A stretch of 64,000 nucleotides of DNA from Selaginella moellendorffii (Eukaryota > Plantae > Lycopodiophyta): the NCBI RefSeq assembly GCF_000143415.4, contig NW_003314373.1, positions 248,001 to 312,000 on the forward strand. Direction: 5' to 3'. The notes below the pieces were generated by a model, which saw nothing but the letters and a program-made list of their open reading frames with translations, did not search any database and was not told the origin of the DNA. Of the stretch, positions 48,336-59,826 are shown in pieces. Each line of letters begins with the position of its first letter. Within the stretch, counting starts at the first letter, position 1. The position numbers were made by a program, and so were the translations under genes.

Positions 48336-49879
48336 ATTTTTTTAATAATAACTCATAATATTTAATCATCTCCAAAATTTATATTACAAATTTTGGATAG
48401 AAAATAAGGAATCAATTCTTTATCTAAATATTAAATCTGACCTTTGGAATGGAGGTGTCCATGGAGTCCCAAATTATTTTTGAGCTTAAGAAGGCCATAC
48501 TTCAGCCACAGAGCAGTAGCAAGCCATGTGTAGCCAGGGACAACAACAAGAACAAATAAAAAAAATTGTTGAAAATTTTCTAGAAAAATAGAATAAAAAA
48601 GTCTTAACAATAGACTATCAAAGTGTGCCACCACCTAGCAAGAGCAACAACAAAATCAATCAAATCTAGTTGTCAACATGGCCACACTAGCAGTGACAAG
48701 TCAGATGAAGTATCCTAATGAACTTGTGAGCATGACAAACAATGAGCAACAACAATGTTTTCCTGCAATGATGTAACAGTAGAGTGGTACACAATAGTAA
48801 TGGCAAGAGAAACTTTTGTAGATTAGGATGCTTGGAAGAATGCATTTTTAAATGTTTCTTGCCTTGTCAACAATGATTACCTTGTTGTCAATCTAGAGGT
48901 ATGCAATGTAATAATGGTAACTTCTCTCAAAGAAGGATCCATGACCTTCAGTGAATGATCAATTGTGATAGACATGTATAGACCCATACTGAGATCATGT
49001 TTTTTTTTCGATTAGCTTAAGGTTTGATCAAAATAAGTTTTTAGACTTATAAAAATAGAGGTTTTAGGATTTTGAAGGCACTAATTTGCACTCACTACTT
49101 TGTTTTATGGAAATTGAGAGAAAACTTTGATCATTTGTATACAATTAGTCAATAGTTCTCAAAAGAAATAAAAACTCTACCTACTTAAATCATTCATATA
49201 CTTTCCCTAGCCAGATTCTTTATTGATTTACATGGGTTAATTTCAGTTTAAGGATAGTTTTTAAGTTATAGCATGTATCACACAAACTTCTGAACACTAT
49301 CAACTGTCAAACCATTCCTTCCACTATAATTTATAGTTGATATAGTAGATTTAATATAGAAAATTAAGAATATAAAATTTTTATTTTAAACATTGTAAAG
49401 TGAATTCTTAAAATTTTTGAAATATGATTTGGTCTTTCAAAATTCTAACAAAAATAACTTTGTGTACCACATAAATGATGTGAAATTAATACTTTACACA
49501 CATGACCTTCATGACATAAGTTGTAACATAGCCATCTCAAAATTTGACAAATGGCTTAATAATAATTAACTAAATAAATTTATATTATTTTAAAACTTTT
49601 TTCTAAGTAATAACATGTGGTAATATGTATTTAAAAAATTATTATATTAAATTAGTCATAGAGAAATAACAGCAACAACAATTGTATTTAAGCCGGTCCT
49701 TTCAGTGCTACAAGTACCAGTTCCTGTCATAAGTGATGATAATCATCCACATTTTGGATTTCAAAGGACATGGTAAGCTAGAGTTATGCATGGGAGAACT
49801 GCAAAAAACAAATTACCACACAGTGCAAGGTACAAGTGGTGCTTTCCTTGGGCAAGTCACACAACAGCTCCTTTAGATC

Positions 49880-50420
49880 TTATGCGCATGAAGAGCAGTA
49901 GTTACTACCTTTAGTCAAATGGCCAAGTTGAGTATAGCAACAAAATCTCAAAGACCATTCTCTCAAAGCTCACTAAAGATTATTCACATTGACATTCAAG
50001 ACTATTGTGGCTGCCAATCCATTCTCTCTAATGTATGGAGTTGAGGCTGTTCTCTCAATTGAGCTCCACATCCCTTCACTCCAGTTTGTTTTGCAATGTG
50101 TGGCTTAGTTTCAACTTACCGATGAGGAGCAGCTCCAAGCTTGGGTATGGGATCTTCTCAAACTTGATCAGCAGTAGCTGAGCACCTTCCTGCCACCAAG
50201 TGTAGGTACAAGGGACAACAAAATCAGTTCCAACAAGATAAACCCTTTCCCACTGGCCAGCTTGTGATGCTTTAGGACTTTGCACCATCCACAAAGTTCT
50301 CTACTAGATGGCTTGGTCCTTTCTTCATCAAAAAGCATATTGGAGATGGTGCATACATCCTCACAGATGAATCAAGTTAAGAGTTGCCCCATGAACATAA
50401 TCACTGCCACCTCAAGCTCT
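49880..50420 (+). mobile_element. Old Ty3/gypsy (Athila/Tat-like) integrase remnant
   Basis: SNGQVEYSNKISKTILSK, PFSLMYGVEAVLSIELHIPSL and KFSTRWLGPFFI in broken frames. Confidence 0.75.
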
Positions 50421-52066
50421 TTCAGCGGTGAGCTGGCTTTATACTCTCCTTTCCTTCTTTACTTTTCTTTGCCTTTACCTTTTTCTTTTGTCTCTTCTAG
50501 GATGTGATCCCAAAGATGGAGCAAGCATGAGCTTGAATTTTCACCTCAAGGTTGCATCAACTCCTCTTTGTCTAGAACTTCAAGCATTTTCTAGTTTGTT
50601 TCTTAAGGTTCCTAGGTTTTCACTACATCATTCTCCATCACTCACAGCCATCATCTATTCATCTCTCTACTTTCTCAACCATAGTTTTGTACTTGATACA
50701 ATTGCTTGCTCACTTTCCGATTGCTTTTCATGCCATGCACACACAATCTTAAGGATCCTATTACATCACTATCTTTAGCATCAATAGACATGGTAGATGA
50801 ATCAAGAATCAGTAAAATCTTATACACAAACTCAATATATGGCACGAACTCTCATGATGCAATGATTTTGGGCAAATCTAGGACACTTAACTGTTAGTTT
50901 TTGAGAGCTGGTTGGACTTAATATGCACAAGAGACTAGGCATTACCATGGGTGGATGTTTTTTCTTGATCCCCATGATTTCTTCTAGCACAAGTAGTGCT
51001 CCATGCAAGCACTAGCACAGATTGTGAGCTTTTTCTTCTTCCACTAACACATGAACTGCAGACCACTTTGATAGGTATCAGAGGCTGAAAAATCCCCTCC
51101 ACTACCACTACATTACAATCAAACATTATATTCACCCACAGTCCATTTCTTTAGCCATCATCTTTCTTCACTCTAGCAATTACCATCTCCAGGCAATACA
51201 TTCACTCTACCACCCTATATCCTTGGAACTCAGCCATGCTGGAGGAATTTTCCAGAGGTGAGGGCACCTTGAGGTGGAATTCCAAGTAAGTGATTCTCCT
51301 CCATTTGGTTTTATGTTTCTTCATTGCTCCCTTTCTTTTTTTGTTTAATTTTCCACATTTTATACTTTGCTTTGGGTTGAGTGTCAAGTTCCCACTTCAA
51401 GTTTCCCCTCTGTGGTTTTCCTTTGAACCCAGAACTTCTCACTTCCTCCTGTTCTCTTTTCTTTCTTTTTCATTTATATTTTCTCACTTCTTCTTGCAGT
51501 ACTATTGACACAATGCATCACATTGCAGTGGTTGTGGGTTTCTTGTTGCAATAGAGTTTGACGTGATCGGTTATTTGTTAGTATATACATAAGTGAAATT
51601 CCCTAAAATATTCCACTGTCAGAATATTCTAGAGGTGTGAAGGATATTTTGGGAGAGGGGGTATATACCATTTGTTAAGGTTATGAAAACACTTGAGTGA
51701 AATGGAATCATGTGTTTTTCCCCATATTGAAGGGCTTCCCCCTCAACAACATATATGGAAACAACTTAGCTTATAATTGACTTTGTTTAGGACTTTGGTC
51801 CTGAGCTTGGATGGTTTCTCCTGTTTTGGTTATTGATATTGTGGAATGGGATGAGAGCATTAAGTAGCTAGAGAAGCTATTGCAAAATTGAAGTTATCTA
51901 TATGCAAGAATTCTAATAATAGTAACAATCACTACAACTTGAGACATATGAGGATTTCTTTCTTAAGGGGTTTTTCATGTTTAGTTTAGCTGCCACTATC
52001 ATCAATTTTTTTTGTATATTCTTAAAAATATATATTACTTTCTATATACTTTAATATATATAAAGC

Positions 52067-52230
52067 TCTGAGTGCTTGGAATATGGAAAGGGAATACAGA
52101 AAATGTGTATATTAATTACCCAAAAACCCTAGCTTATATATAGGAGCGAGTGGTCTGGATTGAAACCAATTTGACGGCTATTAAAATCCCACTACGCTAA
52201 TATTAGTATATGGCATCGTAGCCGTACACT
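52067..52230 (-). mobile_element. Truncated solo LTR of the 174-bp-LTR family
   Basis: Diverged match to 47973-48135; lacks the last ~11 bp and has no internal sequence. Confidence 0.9.
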
Positions 52231-53469
52231 ATTATTATGCCATTATGTGCCACTAGAGTTAGAATTTCACATTATATAAGAAATTTTATATATGGCATTA
52301 TTTTTCATGGCATTCATATTAATGTATGCCCATAAAATTTTACATATAAATATTATTTTTTGTGTCACACTCAAGTGTTTAAACATATATGTATTTTTCT
52401 TAATATCTGATATATTTACTAGATTCTCTACTTAGTGTTACTTAAATAATATAAGAAATGCATAATCATATTTTGATCGCAATAAATTTGTCTATATCTA
52501 ATTATTTATTAAATTATATTTAAATAAAAATTTATGATTTATTTAAATTATATTTTATATTTTATTTTAAGAAATATATATATCTATTACTAGTCCTGGC
52601 CAAATATGAATAATTTAAGGGTTACAAGTATAGTTTTAATAATATTATTTAAAAGATATATTAGATAATATGGCATTGATGAAGATGTTTTATATGTTAT
52701 CATATGAACTTTTATAAATGAAATTAAAAAAAATCCCTCAATTACATAATTGTTTTATAGTAATATAGTTATTAAATATAAAAATAAACACATCTTATTA
52801 TTAAATATGGTGTTTATATATATCACATAGTTAGGGAGAAAAGGAGTCTAAAAATATATTTCCTTACTCTACTCACAAATGCAGCTCCTGGCCAACACAA
52901 CCAAAAACCAAGCAATGCATCCACTAGAGTTTGTGCTTGAACTCCACTACAAAGGGCAGTGAATCTATTCATCCAGCAAGTGGCCAAGTTCTCAGCCAAT
53001 AATTTGATGCACTCTTGCCTATAATTGCATACTACCAATCTGAGTATAAATCTGATCTTGCTCCAGAGGAAACAAAATAAGGAGGGACATAAAGATGATG
53101 ATTGGCTTCATCTGATTGGTTCCACCTCTACCCTTTATTTTAATCTACTCCAACACATCAGCTCTATGTTATGCTCCATTATCCCAGCTCCACTCATCAT
53201 CCCTAATCACTTTTGCACAATAAATTGCCACTTTAACTTCCTTAGAATATTCTTTCTTTCAAATCTTAGAATCTTAACTTGATAGCCATACCTCACCCTA
53301 ACACATGTTTGCCTTCATGTGTGTCTTAGATCTCATAGAGAGAGTCCTTCCAAAGAAAAGTTAATTATCTTAGGGAATTCAAACATTTTTCTTTGCTCCA
53401 AGTATCTTCTCTTGGTTTATTTGATTCTATTGAGTAGAACTTAAAGAGTGGATTTTAGTGATGTCCATG

Positions 53470-53700
53470 CTTTTAGAAGGTACTGGAAATAGTCACTGGT
53501 CAATGTAAACAGGAAGGAGTGTAAAATTCTCTAAATTTTACGGCAAACCTGTAAAACACAATTAATAACTTCCACTAATTAGTAAGATGATTCCATTAAC
53601 GCGGACAATGATCTCGTGCCTGCTCCTATATATGCTTGGAACCTTCGCGATCGCCATCGCCATCGCCTAGCTCGAGAAGCTTGGAGTGGATCTCGTCTCG
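53470..53700 (-). pseudogene. Collapsed remnant of the mannosidase plus DYW-PPR block
   Basis: Ordered matches to 58454-58467, 58578-58600, 58645-58693, 59890-59905 and 60118-60159. Confidence 0.8.
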
Positions 53701-53830
53701 GCTCGTCTCTTAGAAAGAAGAGCTCTTTGCATTCCTATAAACCCACAAGCATCATAAGTTATGCCTTTGATACAAGCTGCATCACGAAAGGAGCAAGCAA
53801 ACAAAGAAATATCAATATCAGATGACTTAC

Positions 53831-56647
53831 TTAATATGGTCGATCGAAGATGACTCGCAGCTGATCCTCCGTGATAGGGAACTGTCTGGCTTTATCGATC
53901 CTAAACAGCCTTAGGATCTCCTGGAAAACTTCGCGAGCGTTTGCAAACCTTCCACTCTCGTAGTAGGCCTGAAAGACGGCGTTGTAAGACAGCAGCAGGG
54001 GGCGATGGCCGAGCGAAACCATCCTCTGGAGTATGTGGTGCGCCTCCTCGGTTCTTCCCAGCTCACAGAGCTTTCGGATCAGCTCAAGGTAGCTCGCTCC
54101 AGTGGGCTTGAACTGGCGGGCAACAGTTTCTTCCAAAGCTCCATAGGCTTCGTCCAGCATTCCGGCTTGACAGTAGCCTTCCAACAGCACCCTGTAAGTG
54201 TCTTGAGTTTGCGGCGAATCCACCTTTTGCATCTGCTCGAACAACTGCCGAGAAATTCCAGCTTTTCCAGCCTTGAAGTGGTACTTGATCAGAAGCTTGT
54301 AGGACTTTATCGTCGGGGACAATCCTCGCTCCACCATTTTCTGGTGGAGCTCGTAAGCGTCCTCTAGTCGGCCCCTCCTACACAGCTTCGTTACAAGGCT
54401 GCTGTGAACCATGGCCATCTGTCTGCTGAGTGTCGGCTTTCCATGCTCGACCATTTTCTGGAACTGCGCCAGTGCCTTGCTCACCTTGCCAAGCCTCACA
54501 AGTCCTCGTATGATCTCGTAATACGTCAAAATATTGATCTCACAACCCCTTTCCAGCGCTTGCTCAGCAACTGTCAAGCTTATCTTGAGTTTTCCCGACG
54601 TGAAAAGCATCCTGACGAGAGTATCCCACAGGTGGTGATTGATCGAGCCTTGTCTGCTGTCAGCTTGTGTCACTAGCTGCTGTGCAAGGCCTGGATAGCC
54701 GGCTTGGCACAGTCCTTCCACAAGACTGGTGCAAAAGAGTGCGTCTGGAATCCACTGCTTCTCTTCCATCTCCGAGACCAACTTGTGGACGAAGGCTGGC
54801 AGCTTCTTGTTCCTGGCAATCCACCTCAAGCCAGCCATGATGGCGTTGTGAAGTTCACACGATGGAGCACACCCTCTCCGGACCATGTCTTTCACGAGCT
54901 CATCCACCTCCATGGCTCTTTCGTCTCGCAGAAAGGCACGAACGAGCGTTGCGTACATCCCCACTGTTGGTTGCATGTCTTTGGCGATCGTCTGGAGAAT
55001 CCTGTACGCCTCTTCCAGCTTCCTTTCCCTGCAGAGCTTGTTGATCTGAGAAACATACGCAGCCAAGCCTTTGAGGCTGCCGCATTCGTTTCTCACATCT
55101 TCCTCAAACTTGCGAGCGTCCTCCAAGCTCTTGCTCTTGAGAAAAACTTCGGAGATAAGCACGTAAGTCGCTCCATCGGGCTCGCATCCTTTTCTTATCA
55201 TCTCCGTGAAGAGCCTCCGGGCAGCGTCCACGCTCTTGTGCCAAGCCAGCGCTCGCATGAGCGAGTTGTAAGTCACAGCATTGGGAGGACAGCCGATATC
55301 TTCCATCTTGTAGAACAACTCCACAGCGTTGTCCACTTGCCCAGCCTTGCACAGTCCCTTGATGAATATAGTGTAGAGCACCACGTCGGGCCGAGCGTTT
55401 CCACGCTCTTGGATCTGCTTGAGGAGCTCAAAAGCATAGTCCACCTTCCCAACGTTGCAAAGCCCGTCTATAAACGCACTATACGTAACGATGTCGGGAC
55501 TTTCCATCTTTTCCAGGTAGGAGCAAGCCTTGTCAAACTGCCGTGCCTTGCAAAGCCCATCGATCACAGTCGTGTAGAGCACTACGTGAGGAGTGTATCT
55601 TCTCTCGATCATCTGCTGGAAGAGCTCGCAAGCCTCTGCGATCCTCCCGGCCTTGCAAAGCCCCGAGACAAGAGCTCCATAAGTGTGAGAGTTTGGCTGG
55701 CAGAGAGCCTCGTCCATGTCTCGAGAGAAAATCTCCAGTGCCTTGTCCACGAGCTTGGCCTTGACAAGCCCGTCTATGAGACTGTTATACACCACCACGC
55801 TCAAGAATCGCAAGCTCTTTCGCAGCCTTTGGTAGTGATCCGTGGCCTCGGAGATCTTCCCAGCCTTGCAAAGTCCAGTGACGAGGAAACCAAAGCACTG
55901 GACGACCCTCTCTTCTTCTTCTCCACCATAGCGTTCCTTAAACTCTTCGAAGATCGCCAGCGCCTTCTCGGCATCGCCCTGTGCCGCTAGACCATCCACG
56001 AGAATCCCATACATGAACTTGGAGGGAGCCAAGGAAAACCTGGAGAGCTCCTGGAATCTATCGTATGCCTGCCCAGCTCTTCCACCCTTGACAAGAACAT
56101 GAACGAGGCAATCGTATGCCAAGATCCCGGGCCTGTAGCTCCCACCACTTCCAGACGCCCACTCGAAGAACGAGCACGCCATCTCTAAGCTCTGAGCTCC
56201 AAGCACAACCCTAGCGACTAGAAAATCCGAGAGAAGAGACTCGAATCGCTGCCCAAGAGCACTGCCGATTTCCTGTCCATGCTCTAGGAACCCCAAAATA
56301 TCGAGGATTGCATCGGCATGGCCGAAGAATCCACTCGATCGACTCGAGCGTACCTGGCGGATGCTGCATTCCACGCGATTGTAACGCTGCTGGAGCGATT
56401 TCGTCCGGGACGACGCTGAGATGAGCACCGCATTTGGCTTGGAAGTAGCAGAGGCGACGAGCGAGCACAGCTCCTTCAAGGGATCGCCATTGCTGTCTTG
56501 CGAGCCGGGGTGCTTCTTCTTCTTGAGCACTGGATTCGAGCGGCCATTTTCCCCACCATTGTCGCCAGAAGATGAGGAGGAGGAAGCGTTGCTATCGAGA
56601 TTGAGACGGAAGAAGCGCGAGCGAGGGCGCAGGAGCCCCAAGCGCAT
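53831..56647 (-). CDS. P-class PPR protein (938 aa)
   Basis: Canonical 35-aa repeats (YNSLIDGLVKAK, YTTVIDGLCKAR) and an Arg/Ser-rich targeting-like N-terminus. Confidence 0.95.
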   Translation of the reverse strand: MRLGLLRPRSRFFRLNLDSNASSSSSSGDNGGENGRSNPVLKKKKHPGSQDSNGDPLKELCSLVASATSKPNAVLISASSRTKSLQQRYNRVECSIRQVRSSRSSGFFGHADAILDILGFLEHGQEIGSALGQRFESLLSDFLVARVVLGAQSLEMACSFFEWASGSGGSYRPGILAYDCLVHVLVKGGRAGQAYDRFQELSRFSLAPSKFMYGILVDGLAAQGDAEKALAIFEEFKERYGGEEEERVVQCFGFLVTGLCKAGKISEATDHYQRLRKSLRFLSVVVYNSLIDGLVKAKLVDKALEIFSRDMDEALCQPNSHTYGALVSGLCKAGRIAEACELFQQMIERRYTPHVVLYTTVIDGLCKARQFDKACSYLEKMESPDIVTYSAFIDGLCNVGKVDYAFELLKQIQERGNARPDVVLYTIFIKGLCKAGQVDNAVELFYKMEDIGCPPNAVTYNSLMRALAWHKSVDAARRLFTEMIRKGCEPDGATYVLISEVFLKSKSLEDARKFEEDVRNECGSLKGLAAYVSQINKLCRERKLEEAYRILQTIAKDMQPTVGMYATLVRAFLRDERAMEVDELVKDMVRRGCAPSCELHNAIMAGLRWIARNKKLPAFVHKLVSEMEEKQWIPDALFCTSLVEGLCQAGYPGLAQQLVTQADSRQGSINHHLWDTLVRMLFTSGKLKISLTVAEQALERGCEINILTYYEIIRGLVRLGKVSKALAQFQKMVEHGKPTLSRQMAMVHSSLVTKLCRRGRLEDAYELHQKMVERGLSPTIKSYKLLIKYHFKAGKAGISRQLFEQMQKVDSPQTQDTYRVLLEGYCQAGMLDEAYGALEETVARQFKPTGASYLELIRKLCELGRTEEAHHILQRMVSLGHRPLLLSYNAVFQAYYESGRFANAREVFQEILRLFRIDKARQFPITEDQLRVIFDRPY

Positions 56648-57535
56648 CCTCTGCCCACATTCTTACACCCTAAACCCCTCGTCATTTTAATTTATAATCA
56701 TATATTCATAATAAAAGAAAAGGAATATATTTTGAAAAAAAGGAAAAAATAAATAATGGAATCATTTGGAGTAGCTTGATTGGTTTAATATAAATCATGT
56801 TTTATGAAGCAACAAGATAAAATAAAATTCTACATTTGCAATATTTATTTATTCACTATCTATTTCTTTATTATTTTAATTTAATATTTAAACCTTCTTT
56901 GAGAACATTTAGAATTATTGTATTCTAAGTTTATAACTTTAAATTTCCTCAAAGGTTATTTAGTGCAATATTATTCAAACCCAAAGATGTTTAATTCTAA
57001 ATATCTTAAAATATTTAATTAATTGAAAAACATTATTTATAGGAATTTTCTTTTTACATTTGAACCTAAATAAATTGTCTCTCAAGTCATTATCTTTTAT
57101 TTCTTAGAAGTAATTGTAAATTATAACAATTAAAAAGTGATATATAATTTCAGTAAAATATAATATACACTTCATATATTAAATAAGTACAAAGTAATAT
57201 TTCATTTTTAGCATAAAAGATTTAACATTATTTATAATACTTTTGTCTTCCAAATGACTCTTTTACAAAATTAAACCCACCTAAGAAAATTAAATTTTTT
57301 TTTAAAGCACTTCTTCACTTTCCATATGACTCCTTTACAAAATTAAATTCACCCATTATAGTTTAGAAAAATTAAAATTCTTGTCCAGGCACTAAAGACA
57401 ATTTTTATCTTTATTAAAATTTGGGTGGAATTCCAAAAAAAAACTTTTAAGTGAAATTTAATTTTAATAATCAACAAGTGTATTCAAATTGAAACTATAT
57501 ATTAATGGAGAAAAGTATCTTTAATTAATAAAACT

Positions 57536-59671
57536 TTACCTAGGAATAATTTTGATGGGATGAGCCTCTGTGTTAAATACCCATTGATTGAAAAGAAAAT
57601 TATCAGAAGAAGAATATAAAAGAAAAAGATACTTAAGGGTCTCTGCTAAAAAATAACTTTGCATCTTATTGTCTTTTTTACCAGTAATAACCTGTAATAA
57701 GATAATAAATTTATTATTAAAATGCATATTAAACATTAATCTTACATCAACATGACCAACATAGCCATTTTCCACTCGTGAGTATTTCTCATATGCCAAA
57801 AAAATGTTCCAACCCCATTCTCTATATGCTTTATTGTTTGTTAATCGCCACATATAAAAAATTGACTCAAGAGTCTCTGGTCTCATAATGTTCTTTGGAT
57901 CTTGAATTGTCATTTCCTTCACAAATATAGAATTAGTATTTGCAAGAAGATTTACTAAAAACTTTGTATCAACCTTGCCATTATAAATATAAGTGTCAGC
58001 AGCAATTCTTATAGGTGAGGAATAGAAAAAATTATAGCAGGTGGTGGTCAACTGATTTATATGTGTAGTGAAATTATAAAAAGAAAAGGAAAGAGAAAAA
58101 AAAAACCTGTTGGGCAAGCCAAAGATACTGATTTTTCTTTTGAGCTGAAGCATCATAAGAGCCAAGAACAAGCATAGCAGGAATAAAACAAGCAAGCTCC
58201 TCCATCTGAAATGTTTCATATGAATATGCAAAAGTTTATATGAAAAAGCTTACCTTGGGAAAAAGGTCACCATTACTATTGCGTTCAAATACATAATAGT
58301 ATGGTGCTTTTTTTTTAATCAAGGTCATCAAACCATCCATAGATCTCTCCCACATTTGTCTAAATGATAATAAAAAATATTAAAATAAATGGAAAGGAGT
58401 AAGGAATACCTATAACCTTGTACTGCTTGTGTTTTACCTCCAAGAACCCATGTTTTTAGAAGGTACTCATAAAAGCTAGAATTAATTCTATAAGCATAGA
58501 AAATATTAAAAAGATTATAGAATACCTGTCACCTGTACCCCCAAAGGTAACTTTGTCATACCGTTGTAGGGTATGTGGGTCAATGTAAACAGGAAGGAGT
58601 CCATCTTTTGGAAATATTTTCTGAATTGTTCTCATGGCAGTTTCAACCTGTAAAACACAATTAATAGCTTTCACTAGAGATGATTCCATTAACCTTGATG
58701 CGATACTTTTGCAATCCAGTTCTTTGTGACAGAGCAATAAACTCAACTTGCAAGGTTCCAAGTTCAGCCAGCACACTGGCTCCCTAATCAATCCATAAGT
58801 TTTGGAAATCAGGTTTACCAAAGAACATATATATACCACAGGATTTCTCGCCTCTCCACTTGCCAGATTCACCCTCCCATAGGGTATTCCAGTCTCAGTA
58901 TTGAATGCTGGAAGTAACCTATCGGCTAATTGTCTCGCTTTCGTTAAGAAAATATCATCCTTTGTGAGGTCATATGTGCTTATCAACCCTCCCAGAATTC
59001 TATGCATAACAAAAACTTAGGAAATTGAGACAATATTTGTAGAAATCATTACCGAACTGTTGTTTCAAACAGATTGACCTCATAGTTTATGTTAAAGTTG
59101 AGCCCAGCTACGAACCTGTGCATTAAGTTAGGCACATGATGTATCATCTGTTACAAGGATAAGTACGTTCTAGCTTTCTGAAATTGGGTGTGGAGGCCCA
59201 TGATATAGAGTGTGTCCATTGCGTCTATAATGGTGGCACCAAGACCACCAAAACTGTTCACCCCATTTTTTGTCAAAGGCTAAACAAAAATATCAGAAGG
59301 AAAAAAAAAGTCAAAACGAGAGACAGAGGGTTAAAGGTTTTCCATATTACTTGTAGCTCGTCTTCACCCCAGGCGAATTTCTCATATGATGTCCAGGCAT
59401 GGAGCATGGCTGCCCTCACTCTCTCTCTTCTTTGCAAGGTCTCATCTGTAGGAGCAAACTTCAGATCTTCCTGCACAAAATTGGACAATCAAAAATCAAA
59501 ACTTTGGGGAATGAAGCAAAATGTCATCCTTGCCTCTGATGAGTGATCTGTGACGTTAGCCTACAGTACAAGTTATGAAAAGCCGGTAAGAACAAAAGTT
59601 TCTAGAACTGCACATACTGAGAAAATCCCGGAGAAGACTGTGAAGAGGAGGATGACCAGCACACGACCCAT
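57536..59671 (-). CDS. Class I alpha-1,2-mannosidase (GH47), multi-exon
   Basis: Signal anchor, [59 protein letters not shown] and FNTEAHP. Confidence 0.9.
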
Positions 59672-59826
59672 TGATCCAGTAAAGGTTAACTAACACCAGT
59701 TTTTAAAACAGAAAGAAATCTGTCGCCATTCTTTGACCGCTTTGGAGATCCCGTCACAGCTATGCAAGTTTGGCCTGTTTCTCGTCACACATGGCAAAAC
59801 CTCGAAAAGTTTTGCAAAGTAAAACA

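Noticed and set aside
52823-53300. Short ORFs in a moderately GC segment
   Set aside because: No recognisable motif or splice-consistent model.
54704-55990. 428-aa antisense ORF
   Set aside because: Shadow of the P-class PPR gene.
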